This document shows, piece after piece, positions 49,401 through 58,829 of a DNA stretch of 64,000 nucleotides; the stretch's first letter is position 1; each line of letters starts with the position of its first letter. The position numbers and the translations under genes are program-made. Source of the stretch: Gemmatimonadaceae bacterium. Its GTDB lineage: Bacteria; Gemmatimonadota; Gemmatimonadetes; Gemmatimonadales; Gemmatimonadaceae. The DNA is taken from assembly GCA_051859245.1 (NCBI GenBank), contig JBHYGA010000001.1, forward strand, positions 224,001-288,000, given 5' to 3'. A model generated the notes under the pieces. It saw only the letters and a program-made list of their open reading frames with translations. It was not told where the DNA came from and made no database searches.

Positions 49401-52400
49401 TCACCGCCGATGCGCGTGCACAGGCCGTTCGTTATGCGCAGCTGCACTGGGCGTACTTTGCCACGTTTGTCACGGCCGAAACCTCCTGGCTCGCGCCGGA
49501 CAACTTTCAGAGTACTCCAGACGACGTGGTTGCCATGCGCACGTCGCCAACGAATATCGGATTACAGCTGTTGGCCACGGTGAGCGCGCAGGACCTGGGT
49601 TACATCACGCTTGAGGATATGGCCGATCGCCTCGAGCGCACGGTCAGTACACTCAAAGTGCTGCCCAAGCTGCACGGCCACTATTTCAACTGGTACGATC
49701 TGCAGAATCTGCAGGTCCTGGAGCCTGCTTATGTCTCCACGGTAGACAGCGGAAATCTGGCGGGTCACCTGATTGCCTTGCGACAGGCGTGCCTGCAACT
49801 GATGGATTCGCCCGCGATTCCGGAGAGTCTGCGCGGACGCCTCGGTGCGCTCGCGGAATGGGCGCACAACGATGTGATGCAGATGGACTTCGGTGTGCTG
49901 TTCGATCGGGAACGTGAGCTCTTCGCCATTGGGCTGCAGCAGCACACCTTGACACTGGATTCTTCGTACTACGATCTGCTCGCGTCGGAAGCTCGCCTCG
50001 CAAGTTTTCTGGCGATCGCCAAGGACGATGTGCCCGCGCAGCACTGGTTCCGCCTCGGACGCAGCCTTTCGTATGCGGCGGGTGCACCGGCGCTGGTGTC
50101 GTGGAGTGGCAGCATGTTCGAGTATCTGATGCCTTTGCTCGTCATGCACGCTATGCCAGGTACGCTGTTGGCGCAAACGTACGAAGGCGTGATTGCACGT
50201 CACATCGCCGACGGATCGCTCCGCGACGTACCGTGGGGCATCAGCGAAAGTGCCTACAATGTGCGTGATCGACATGCCACCTATCAGTACCGCCCCTTTG
50301 GCGTTCCCGATCTGGCGCTCAAGCGCGGGCTCGGTCGCGAACTGGTGGTTGCGCCGTACGCGTCCGCGCTTGCGACCATGGTCGATCCGGAACGCGCGTT
50401 CGTGAACCTCGCGCGGCTCGAGTCACTTGGCATGCTTGGACCATATGGGTTTCGCGATGCGATCGACTTTACCAGACCCGACGTTGGCAAGCGCTTCTCG
50501 GTGGTCGATGCGTTCATGGCGCATCACATTGGTATGAGTCTTGTTGCGCTGACGAACGTGCTCACCGACAACATCTGGCAGCAGCGCTTCCATCGCGATC
50601 CGCTGGTCATTGCCGCTGAGCTGTTGTTGCATGAGCGCGTTCCTCGCGAGGTGGTGGTGCAGGAGCCGAGTGGCGCGCGACCCGATGACGGCCTGCCAGC
50701 CGACGATCTCGAACGTCCTGTGGTGCGCGAGTTTACCACAGCCGATACCGATACGCCGCACGTGGCATTTCTCGGGCACCAGCCGTATACAGTGATGCTC
50801 ACGAACGCAGGCTCAGGCTACAGTCGATACGATGCGCTGGCGGTGAGTCGATGGAAAGCCGATGGCACGCGCGATGCAACAGGACAGTTTTGCTACATCA
50901 AGGACATCACGTCTGGTAAAGCATGGTCAGCGGCGCATCAACCGTTGTGCGTGCCGGCCGACGCATACCGGGCGGCGCTTGGCACGGAGCAGGTCACGTT
51001 CGAGCGCACGGATGGCGAGGTGATCACACGCACGGAGATCGCCGTGGTGCCGGAAGATTCGGCCGAAGTACGACGCGTGACGTTGACCAATACCGGGCGG
51101 GAACCGAGAGAGCTCGAGCTGACCAGCTACGGCGAAATTGTGCTCTCACCCGCCGACGCTGATCGAGCGCATCCCGCGTTTGGCAATCTCTTTGTGGAAA
51201 CGGCGTGGCATTCCTGGTGCAACGCAATCACGGCAACGCGCCGTCCGCGATCGGCGACTGAAGAATCGCAGTGGTTGGTTCATCTGGTCGATTGGGGCAA
51301 GGAGCGCATTGGTGATGTCACGTGCGAGACAGATCGCGCCCGTTTTCTCGGTCGCGGCCGAAGCACGCGTGATCCCGTGGCCATTGAACACGATGGGGCG
51401 TTGTCCGGAACTACCGGTGCCGTACTTGATCCGGTCTTCGCGCTTCGCACTCGCGTGCGCGTGATGCCGGGCCAGAGCGCAACGGTGGCATTTACCACGC
51501 TGGTGGCAAGCACTCGCGAGCGCGCCTTTGCGCTGGCCGATCGTTATCGCGATCCGCACGCGGCGCAACGTGCGCTTGATCTGGCGTGGACATCCAGTCA
51601 GGTCGAACTGCGTGAGTTGGATCTTACACCAGCTGATGCGGCCGTCTTTCAGGAACTCGCCGGACATCTGTTATACGGACATCCGGCCCTGCGAGCGTCG
51701 CAAAACGAAATGCGTCGCAATCGTGGTTCGCAGCCGCTGCTGTGGGGCTTTGGCGTGTCTGGTGATGTGCCAATTCTGCTCGCCACGATCAACTCGGCGG
51801 ATGGTTTGCCAACGCTGCGGTCACTGCTGGCGGCGCATCGCTTCTGGCGGCGCCGCGGCCTGTCTGTTGATCTGCTTATTCTCGATGAGCATCCCCCCTC
51901 GTACCTGCAGAATCTCGGGGATCGCATTGCGGCCGCTGTGCACGCCGTGAACGACGCGGCCTCGCTGGATCGACCCGGTGGAGTGTTTGTACGCCGTCGT
52001 GATCTGCTCATCCACGATGCGGAGCTCATGCTGCGAGCCACGGCGCGACTGCATGTACACTGCGATGGTCGACCGCTTGGCCGCATTCTGAACACCACGA
52101 TTGCCACGACGACCCCAACCGTGGAAGAGTTGCGCAAGAGTCGTCAGCGTACTCGTCCGGCGCCTGTTGAACGCAGGCGCACGCCTCGTGGGCAGGCGGC
52201 GTTCACGCACGCGGCGCGTGCCTATGCGAACGGGTACGGTGAACTGCTCGATAACAGTGACTATGAGCTGCGCGTGCAGGGCGATGTTATGCCACCGGCG
52301 CCGTGGTCAAATGTGATTGCGAATCAACACGGTGGGTTCGTCATCAGCGAGCGTGGCGGCGGCTTTGTGTGGGCCGAAAACAGCTACTTCATGCGCCTTA

Positions 52401-54622
52401 CACCGTGGCACAATGATCCGGTGAGTGATCCGGTGAGCGACGTCGTGTATCTGCATGACGAGTTTACAGGCGATACGTGGTGCGCGACGCCAGCGCCGAT
52501 CCGCACCTCCTCACCGTATAACGTGTTGCACAGTGCCGGTCGCACCACCTTTGAGCACGAGCGACACGGCATCAGCACCGAGTATTCCGTCGGCATGGCC
52601 GAAGGAAGCGCGGTCAAGGTGGGGTACCTGCGTATCACGAACAACACCGGTGCAGCGCGACGCGTGGTATTGACCACGTATGTGGAATGGGTGCTGGGTG
52701 CCTTGCGCGAACGTGGGCAGCATCAGGTGCGAAACTGGTATGACAAAGATCAGAGCACGATGTTCGCACAGAACACGTTCGATCCGCATTTTGCGCCGTG
52801 GACGGCCTTTCATGCCATTACGGGCATCGCGACGGAGTACACCGGGAGCCGCCACACCTTTCTCGGCCGCAACGGCAGCAGCGCTGCGCCGGCCGCGCTT
52901 GAGAGCGATACGGTGCTATCCGGCGTCACGGGCGCTGGCATTGATCCCTGCGCAGCGCTGCGCTGCGTAGTTGAGCTTGCACCAGGCGCCTCGTACGAAC
53001 TGGGTACACTGCTCGGTGCGGCGGCGAGCGAATCGCTGGCGCGCGAAGCGGTGGCGTCGCTGCGCAGCGTTGCAGCGGTCCGCACGGCGCTCCAGGCCAG
53101 CACGAGCGCGTGGCAACAACGATTGACTGCAGTCACGGTGCGAACGCCAGACGCCAACTTTGATGCCATGATCAACCGCTGGTCTCTCTATCAGGCGCTC
53201 AGTTGCCGCATGTGGGGACGGTCCGCGCTCTACCAAAGCAGTGGCGCCTATGGGTTTCGCGATCAGTTGCAGGACGTGATGGCGTTTGTGTATGTAGACG
53301 CGCCGCTTGCACGCGAACATATTCTGCGCGCCGCGAGCCGGCAGTTTCTGGAAGGAGACGTGCAGCATTGGTGGCACCCGCACACGGGGCGTGCTGTGCG
53401 TACGCGCTTCTCGGATGATCTCGTCTGGTTGCCGTATGTCACGGCGCACTACGTCACCAGTACGGGAGACGCCACGGTCCTTGACGAGTTTGTGCCGTTC
53501 CTTTCCATGCGCTCGCTCGCACCCGACGAGCATGAAGTGTACGACCTGCCGATGGTGACAGACGAACACGCGAGTGTGTACGAACATTGTCTGCGTGCCT
53601 TGCGGCGCGCCTGCACGTGCGGCGAGCACGGACTGCCGCTGATTGGAGGCGGCGACTGGAACGATGGCATGAATCGCGTTGGTGTGGAGGGACGAGGGGA
53701 GAGTGTGTGGCTCGCCTGGTTCCTGATCTCTACGCTGCGCGCATTCGCGCGTATTGCCGAGCAGCGCGGCGACGACAATGCGTCAACAGAAATGCGCGAT
53801 CATGCAGACGCGTACAAGCTGGCTGTGGAGGAGCACGGCTGGGACGGCGAATGGTATCGCCGCGCGTACTTTGACGACGGCACGCCGCTGGGTTCGCACT
53901 TGAACGACGAATGCACGATTGACTCGATTGCGCAGAGCTGGAGCGTGATCTCCGGTGCGGGCGCGCCAGAGCGTCAGTCTGCGGCGATGCATTCGCTTGA
54001 AACGCATCTTGTGAGAAAGCACGATCGCCTGCTGGTGTTGCTCACGCCGCCGTTCGACAAGTCAGCGCATGATCCTGGTTACATCAAGGGCTACCTGCCC
54101 GGTGTTCGAGAGAACGGCGCGCAGTACACGCACGCCGCACTCTGGGCCGTGCTTGCCACCGCCATGCGCGGTGACGGCGAGCGCGCGTTCGAACAGTTTC
54201 AGATGATCAATCCGCTGTCGCATGCGGTCACGAAATCAGACGTCGAGACGTACAAGGTTGAGCCGTATGTGGTGGCCGCCGATGTGTACACGGCCGAGGG
54301 GCAGGTGGGACGCGGTGGCTGGACGTGGTATACCGGCTCGGCGAGCTGGATGTATCGCGTCGGATTGGAAGGCATTCTCGGCTTTGAGAAACGTGGCGAT
54401 CAGCTCTTTATTGCACCGCGGGCGCCAAAGTCATGGCCGGAGTACAACATTCGCTATCGGTTCGGCGCAACCGAGTACGACATCACCGTGCGACATACTG
54501 GTGGCCACGAGCGCGGCGGGCCGCGCGTTGAGCTTGACGGCGTAGCCATGACAGGCGAGTCAATACCACTTCGCGATGACGGAGTGGCACACAGGGTAGT
54601 TGTGTACCACTCCGCTCGGTAA
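46415..54622 (+). CDS. ndvB: Cyclic beta-1,2-glucan synthase (GT84 + cyclising domain + GH94 phosphorylase)
   Basis: EWFLDNYY, WMGWERKRGK, LDAD, SHDLIEG, RWIRGDWQ, TSPTNIG, LASEARL, SWSGSMFEYLMP, GFRDQLQD, GDWNDG, ENGAQYTH. Confidence 0.93.
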   Translation: MLTGPIRGELFGAEHLSERARELAHAQVLSLAPARQRTPLLARLADTSRILQRAHAQLTAHSESLKDVGPAGEWFLDNYYVLLEHIDDVVESLPRGYYRELPTLSSGPLAGYPRVYEIAITLISHSEGRIDFDNVSNFVGAFQDVQVLTLGELWAIPAMLRLGLIENVRRMALRTTQRLEQVQRADEAAARITNAAVAGGLSLEAALASFGADARSLSDTFVARFLHQLRVEGGALPAVVRLQHWIAEEALSAEEATARATQRLALTQVVMANSITSLRAIARVNWRNFVEAQSHAEHVLREDPVGEYARMTFQTRDRYRHVVERVARRTKHTESDVARMAIALARETLDESASGSARSDARRCHVGYYLVDEGLAGLELAAGYSPTIGESIARAVRQHPTIVYLVSGCSVLFAALGALLWLGGPMVQEYWMVALLLGALPASELAVSLVNRAVTAVMPPQPLPRLDLRDHGVPPEFRTAVVIPTLFPNVQAVVEALENLEVQYLANREPNLHFAVLSDFTDAPTETMPEDTAIVAAAADGVRALNERYSADRDDAFFLFHRPRQWNPAEGVWMGWERKRGKLGEFNRYVLTGAREGFSTTVGALGVLRGVRYVITLDADTVLPPDAAPDLIGSIAHPLNRAEYENERGRVVRGHSILQPRVGVSLASAHRSSFAAIYSGHPGVDPYTVAVSDVYQDLFSEGSFTGKGIYDVEMFEQATHGRFPENTLLSHDLIEGNYARAGLVTDVIVYDDYPTRYLTFSRRKHRWIRGDWQLLPWVSGTVPGPRGPERNRLSLLSRWKILDNLRRSLVELSQFMFLIVGWLVLPVSTLRWTLLGLGAIAAPWIVSLLISAARPPRDKSWRTYYRAIGQDALNSLRQIGLAICFLPHQAWLSVDAIMRALWRVYVSRRMLLEWQTAQQAEHAAPNDASATWRLMWPASVAVALLTMWMLWGASSMIERPVWPLVIGVLPLLLVWLIAPTVAHSLSTTKAPRRHVLTADARAQAVRYAQLHWAYFATFVTAETSWLAPDNFQSTPDDVVAMRTSPTNIGLQLLATVSAQDLGYITLEDMADRLERTVSTLKVLPKLHGHYFNWYDLQNLQVLEPAYVSTVDSGNLAGHLIALRQACLQLMDSPAIPESLRGRLGALAEWAHNDVMQMDFGVLFDRERELFAIGLQQHTLTLDSSYYDLLASEARLASFLAIAKDDVPAQHWFRLGRSLSYAAGAPALVSWSGSMFEYLMPLLVMHAMPGTLLAQTYEGVIARHIADGSLRDVPWGISESAYNVRDRHATYQYRPFGVPDLALKRGLGRELVVAPYASALATMVDPERAFVNLARLESLGMLGPYGFRDAIDFTRPDVGKRFSVVDAFMAHHIGMSLVALTNVLTDNIWQQRFHRDPLVIAAELLLHERVPREVVVQEPSGARPDDGLPADDLERPVVREFTTADTDTPHVAFLGHQPYTVMLTNAGSGYSRYDALAVSRWKADGTRDATGQFCYIKDITSGKAWSAAHQPLCVPADAYRAALGTEQVTFERTDGEVITRTEIAVVPEDSAEVRRVTLTNTGREPRELELTSYGEIVLSPADADRAHPAFGNLFVETAWHSWCNAITATRRPRSATEESQWLVHLVDWGKERIGDVTCETDRARFLGRGRSTRDPVAIEHDGALSGTTGAVLDPVFALRTRVRVMPGQSATVAFTTLVASTRERAFALADRYRDPHAAQRALDLAWTSSQVELRELDLTPADAAVFQELAGHLLYGHPALRASQNEMRRNRGSQPLLWGFGVSGDVPILLATINSADGLPTLRSLLAAHRFWRRRGLSVDLLILDEHPPSYLQNLGDRIAAAVHAVNDAASLDRPGGVFVRRRDLLIHDAELMLRATARLHVHCDGRPLGRILNTTIATTTPTVEELRKSRQRTRPAPVERRRTPRGQAAFTHAARAYANGYGELLDNSDYELRVQGDVMPPAPWSNVIANQHGGFVISERGGGFVWAENSYFMRLTPWHNDPVSDPVSDVVYLHDEFTGDTWCATPAPIRTSSPYNVLHSAGRTTFEHERHGISTEYSVGMAEGSAVKVGYLRITNNTGAARRVVLTTYVEWVLGALRERGQHQVRNWYDKDQSTMFAQNTFDPHFAPWTAFHAITGIATEYTGSRHTFLGRNGSSAAPAALESDTVLSGVTGAGIDPCAALRCVVELAPGASYELGTLLGAAASESLAREAVASLRSVAAVRTALQASTSAWQQRLTAVTVRTPDANFDAMINRWSLYQALSCRMWGRSALYQSSGAYGFRDQLQDVMAFVYVDAPLAREHILRAASRQFLEGDVQHWWHPHTGRAVRTRFSDDLVWLPYVTAHYVTSTGDATVLDEFVPFLSMRSLAPDEHEVYDLPMVTDEHASVYEHCLRALRRACTCGEHGLPLIGGGDWNDGMNRVGVEGRGESVWLAWFLISTLRAFARIAEQRGDDNASTEMRDHADAYKLAVEEHGWDGEWYRRAYFDDGTPLGSHLNDECTIDSIAQSWSVISGAGAPERQSAAMHSLETHLVRKHDRLLVLLTPPFDKSAHDPGYIKGYLPGVRENGAQYTHAALWAVLATAMRGDGERAFEQFQMINPLSHAVTKSDVETYKVEPYVVAADVYTAEGQVGRGGWTWYTGSASWMYRVGLEGILGFEKRGDQLFIAPRAPKSWPEYNIRYRFGATEYDITVRHTGGHERGGPRVELDGVAMTGESIPLRDDGVAHRVVVYHSAR

Positions 54623-54637
54623 ATCTGTGCGCCGATG

Positions 54638-55507
54638 CTACGAGCGAGCGTAGATCACGCGACGGCGCGCTACGGTGCCGAGACCGACAACGCCAACCAC
54701 CATCATGGCCCATGAGGCCGGCTCTGGCACCGATGCCGGGGGAACCACATCGTTGCGATTTCCCGCGTAGCCGTCGCTGCCAAAGTCACCGTCGGGCGTG
54801 CCTTCTGTTATGCAGTCGCCAGCGAGGATCGTGTTGTTGTCCATGGTCAGCGCCTCGTTGAGTGCAATCGCTCGGCCGCACAGGATTTTCGCTGAACTCA
54901 CCAGGGTGATACTCTTATCGGCAATCACGTTGCCTTGAAACGTACTGCCACTGGCGATGGTCGCCGAACTTCCCACAAGCCAGAAGATGCCGCCGCCTGA
55001 CGTACCGTTAATCACGTTGACCGTCGAAGCGGACGATGTGATAAGCTCACTGCCGATCTGGAAGATAAAGAGTGAGTTCGCGTTGCCTTGAAAGTCGAGG
55101 GTCAGCGCGCCGGTGAGAAAGGCGGAGGACGCAAAGAAGTACACTCCGGGAGTCAACGTCTGGCCACCGAGATCCACACCGGTAAAGTCAAAGTCTGAGG
55201 CAAATCCTCCAAACGCGTTGTACGCGGTGAGCGCGTCGGCCTGCGCCTGTATTGCGACGGCATCGGTTTGGTGAACGGTTCCACCGGTGATCGTGATCGA
55301 GGAGAGTCCGGTGATCGCCGATCCCGGATACACGCCCAGCGAACCGTAGAGCGTTGTCGCGTTCGTGTTCGTCACCGTGGACGCACCGAGCGCTGCGAAG
55401 TCTTGCGCGGTGCCAAGGGCACTCTGTGCCGAAGCTATGGACGCGGTGCCGCCGACTGCCAAAAGCAAGGTGGCTGCCGTACGTACTGCGTTTCGTGCGT
55501 GTGTCAT
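54638..55507 (-). CDS. Ice-binding protein (DUF3494) with PEP-CTERM sorting signal
   Basis: Signal peptide, [49 protein letters not shown]. Confidence 0.92.
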   Translation of the reverse strand: MTHARNAVRTAATLLLAVGGTASIASAQSALGTAQDFAALGASTVTNTNATTLYGSLGVYPGSAITGLSSITITGGTVHQTDAVAIQAQADALTAYNAFGGFASDFDFTGVDLGGQTLTPGVYFFASSAFLTGALTLDFQGNANSLFIFQIGSELITSSASTVNVINGTSGGGIFWLVGSSATIASGSTFQGNVIADKSITLVSSAKILCGRAIALNEALTMDNNTILAGDCITEGTPDGDFGSDGYAGNRNDVVPPASVPEPASWAMMVVGVVGLGTVARRRVIYARS

Positions 55508-55599
55508 GCGCGGACCCTTGTTCGACGGGTTGACGATAGGCTACTCCGAGGCGCGACATGAGTGTACCCACCACGCTCATGGCCTCAAGCGTATACCAG

Positions 55600-55615
55600 T
55601 GCAAGAAGGTGTCCA
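55600..55615 (-). promoter_or_regulatory. Sigma-54 (-24/-12) promoter for the ice-binding protein gene
   Basis: Minus strand TGGACACCTTCTTGCA = GG-N10-GC with TTGCA. Confidence 0.6.
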
Positions 55616-55762
55616 CGTGCAAGCGCTCCCAAACACGCAGTGCAATCGTTCAGATCTTCGCGTTGTGTGAGTTTTGCACCAAGTGTTGTTGCAAGACGTC
55701 ACGGAAAACGCGGCACGTGTAGCACCAACGCCAGCACTTGCAGCACGTAGTCAAGGCTCGTT

Positions 55763-56872
55763 CTACGATGGCTGAGAGATCGGAATCCACGCGGTAAACG
55801 CCGAGCCTTCGCCGAGTGCACTCACAACCGTGATAAACGCGTCATGCTGCAGCAGCAACCCGTTTGCCGCGGCCAAGCCGAGTCCGACACCCTCACCCGT
55901 GGCCTGCGTGGTAAAGAACGGGATGAAGAGCTGTCGCTTCGTAGTCTCGCTCATGCCCACGCCGGTGTCTCGAATCGTGAAACATCCGTACCGCCCCTTG
56001 GAGATAAGTCGCCCGTCCGCCGAGGGCTGTTCGGTCGAAACGTCGCGCCAGACGATCTCCACGTACACCTCTCCACGGAGGCTCGTTGCGCGATACGCAT
56101 TGGCCATGAGGCTGTTGAACACGAGACGTAAATGACGAAGGTCAATTGTTACAACCACTGGCTCGTTCGCGTCCAGCAGCATTCGACGTTGACTGCCAAA
56201 CGCTTTGCGGTAGTCGCGGTACAGGCGCGGTACCTCCTCCGCCAGATCGACAACCTGTGGTCGAATCTCGGTGTTGCCGGCGAATTGCGAGAGCTGGTGG
56301 GTGACTGCCGCAGCGTGGGCCGCCGCCCGCTGAATCTCCTCGATGTCTGCGACCTGAGATTTGGTCAGAGAGTCGTGTTCAAGGACCGTGGCGTACCCAA
56401 TGATGATTTGCAGCATGTTGTTCACTTCATGCGCCACTCCGCCAGCGAGCGCGCGAATGATCTGCATGCGAGCCAACAGGTGCTCACGATCAGCCGTCAT
56501 CTGCGCCAGCTTCTCTTGCGCGCGCTGTGCGGTGAGGTCGCGCACGACCACGTGTACGGCGGGGCGATCAGCGTCCAGAAAGAGCTGCGTACGGAGTTCA
56601 ACATCACACAGCTGGCCATCAACACAGTGCACGTGCGCGCGGTCTTCGTCCGTAAACTCTGTGCCCGAGAACGCTGCCATCAGCTTGCGTTCTACCGCGC
56701 GTAAATAGGGCGGTGTAAAGAGCGATTCGACTGGCTGGCCTACGAGCTGCCCGGCGTCAAGCGCGCCGGTCAGCGTGAGCATGGCGTCGTTCACTTCCAC
56801 AATGCGTTCACCGTCATGCACTACGATGCCGTCTGGCGCGCGCCCCACCAGCTGCTCGTAGCGTGCGTTCAT
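55763..56872 (-). CDS. Cytoplasmic PAS-domain histidine kinase
   Basis: PAS (APDGIVV..N), AHEVNN, N box, DTGVGM, PFFTT, GVGLGL all intact. Confidence 0.92.
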   Translation of the reverse strand: MNARYEQLVGRAPDGIVVHDGERIVEVNDAMLTLTGALDAGQLVGQPVESLFTPPYLRAVERKLMAAFSGTEFTDEDRAHVHCVDGQLCDVELRTQLFLDADRPAVHVVVRDLTAQRAQEKLAQMTADREHLLARMQIIRALAGGVAHEVNNMLQIIIGYATVLEHDSLTKSQVADIEEIQRAAAHAAAVTHQLSQFAGNTEIRPQVVDLAEEVPRLYRDYRKAFGSQRRMLLDANEPVVVTIDLRHLRLVFNSLMANAYRATSLRGEVYVEIVWRDVSTEQPSADGRLISKGRYGCFTIRDTGVGMSETTKRQLFIPFFTTQATGEGVGLGLAAANGLLLQHDAFITVVSALGEGSAFTAWIPISQPS

Positions 56873-58356
56873 GACGGACCGCGTCGCGATCGCACCGGCA
56901 CCCCCGTCATGACGCCGTCGAACTCGCTGAGTGTATCGCCAAGCACAATGCCCGAGGGCGTGGTTTCGTAGGTGCGGAAATCACGGCTATGGTTGCTGCC
57001 ACGCATCTTGATCACCAGCATCGCCTTGCGAACCTCGCCCGCAATTTCTACATAGCGTTGACTGATGATGACGTCCGTCAGGAACGATACATGGTAGCCG
57101 GAGAGATGCAGTCCGTGCCCCTCAATTACTTCCACGGTCGAATACATGGTCACGCCGAGGCTGGTCAGCGTGCCGATAAGTCGATATAACGATTCGCGAA
57201 AGTCCACGCGAAACGTTGGCGCCAGCGCCATTTCAAATCCGTTGATCGAATCGATTACTACGCGCGTCGCTCCAATCGCCTGAACGGCTTCCCGAATCTC
57301 CTGCATCGTCTCGTCGACTGAAAGATCCAGCGGTCGCAGGTAAATCACGCGCAGTTTGTCTGCGGCCACGGCCGCCTCGAGATCAATGCCGAGGCTCTGC
57401 GCGCGCGCAAGGTAGATGTGCGGACGCTCTTCAAAGACCGCGATAACAGCCGCCTCTCCAACCTTGAGTCCGGCCGCAACGAACTGAGTGGCGAACGTGG
57501 TCTTTCCCGAGCCCGTCGGCCCCGCCAGCACCACCGAGTCGCCGGATGGAATTCCGCCGCCCATCAACGCGTCCATGCCGTCGATTCCTGTCGAGAGCCG
57601 ACGTCCATCTCTGAGGCGCGCATCACCTTTCAGCATCGACAGCCGAGGGAAGACCCGCACACCGTCGCTCGTAATCTTCATGGTGTGCAGCCCTGGCATG
57701 TGCTCCACGCCGCGCGACTTCACTACCTGTACTTTGCGAACCACCGAGTTGCGATCAATGTCCTGCGTCAGCCAGAAAATGCCGTCCGCGACCGTGAATA
57801 CGGGATTCCGCAGCTCCTGCTCCTGATACTCACCAATGAGCAGTGACGTGATGTCCCATGTGGTCAGATACAGGGCGAGCCGTTGCACAAAGCGCTCTAC
57901 ACTGGTGGCAGGCGCGTCACGCTGCACCTCGTGCACAAGCGATCGGAATGAATCTACGACCACCATACTCGGTCGGAGCCGTTTCACCTCATCCACAATG
58001 CGCGCCAGCACTGCGTCGAGGTCACCATCGAGCGCTTCCTCGCTGAGATTGAGGAAGTGCACGTGCTCGCCAACTTTTGCACTGTCGAAGAAGGAAAACC
58101 GCTGCTGATAGCGCAACATTTTTAATGACGTTTCGCCAAGCAGGGTAATGAACAGCCCTGGCCGTTCGGCGGTTGACGTTTCAAACAGCAGTTGCATTGC
58201 CATGGTGGTTTTGCCCGATCCGGGCCCACCAGCAATCAGGTTGAATGAGAGCGCTGGCAACCCACCGCCGAGCACCTCATCAAGGCCGGGCACACCAGTA
58301 CGGAGCAATCGCAAGGACATCGGCTCGGACGCGTCGGAGGTTACAGAGGTCGTCAT
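56869..58356 (-). CDS. KaiC-like double-domain ATPase
   Basis: TGVPGLD, GPGSGKTT, VVDS, KSRG; second domain TGI.GMD, GPTGSGKTT, FEE, VIDS, KMRG. Confidence 0.92.
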   Translation of the reverse strand: MTTSVTSDASEPMSLRLLRTGVPGLDEVLGGGLPALSFNLIAGGPGSGKTTMAMQLLFETSTAERPGLFITLLGETSLKMLRYQQRFSFFDSAKVGEHVHFLNLSEEALDGDLDAVLARIVDEVKRLRPSMVVVDSFRSLVHEVQRDAPATSVERFVQRLALYLTTWDITSLLIGEYQEQELRNPVFTVADGIFWLTQDIDRNSVVRKVQVVKSRGVEHMPGLHTMKITSDGVRVFPRLSMLKGDARLRDGRRLSTGIDGMDALMGGGIPSGDSVVLAGPTGSGKTTFATQFVAAGLKVGEAAVIAVFEERPHIYLARAQSLGIDLEAAVAADKLRVIYLRPLDLSVDETMQEIREAVQAIGATRVVIDSINGFEMALAPTFRVDFRESLYRLIGTLTSLGVTMYSTVEVIEGHGLHLSGYHVSFLTDVIISQRYVEIAGEVRKAMLVIKMRGSNHSRDFRTYETTPSGIVLGDTLSEFDGVMTGVPVRSRRGPS

Positions 58357-58799
58357 GATGGAGTGTCGTTCGAATCGTGGCTCGTGAAACCGCGCGTGCT
58401 CGGAACACCGCTCAACGCGACGAGGCGCACTGCCATGTCGGCGCCAACAATGCTGCCAAGCTGTTCCATCATGACCACAAGCAGTGCGATGATTGCGTCA
58501 GCTGTTTCTGATGCGGAGAACTCGGCTGGTCTTGGAGCGGCGGGTAACAGCTCCGTCGCACCGACGTCCAGATCCGGGAATCGCGACAGGGCTGGACTGT
58601 GAGGCAGCGTGAGCGCGACCGAGCGATTCAGGAGTGCGGCGTAGCCCTCGGCACCAATCCATCGTCGTAACCCACCGTCCAGGCGGGTGAGCAGTTCGTC
58701 CGCAACCAGAAGCACATTGTCTGCGTTGTCGCTGTGTTGCAGCGCCGCCGTCCAGAGTTCACGCGCAACCTGGTCCGCACGCTGTGGATGGTTGGTCAC
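58353..58799 (-). CDS. Hypothetical all-alpha protein coupled to the KaiC-like gene
   Basis: ATGA overlap with the kaiC-like gene; LRRWIG.EG.AALL.RS and L.SIVG.DM..RL helices. Confidence 0.75.
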   Translation of the reverse strand: MTNHPQRADQVARELWTAALQHSDNADNVLLVADELLTRLDGGLRRWIGAEGYAALLNRSVALTLPHSPALSRFPDLDVGATELLPAAPRPAEFSASETADAIIALLVVMMEQLGSIVGADMAVRLVALSGVPSTRGFTSHDSNDTPS

Positions 58800-58829
58800 G
58801 GCGCACGCCCTGTGAAGCGCACGGCGCGA

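Noticed and set aside
52415..52441. 12-bp duplication (DPVSDPVSD) in the glucan synthase
   Set aside because: Falls in the normal NDPVSDP motif of this family
56869..58356. True circadian kaiC
   Set aside because: No kaiA/kaiB, and the Ser-Thr phosphosite pair is not conserved
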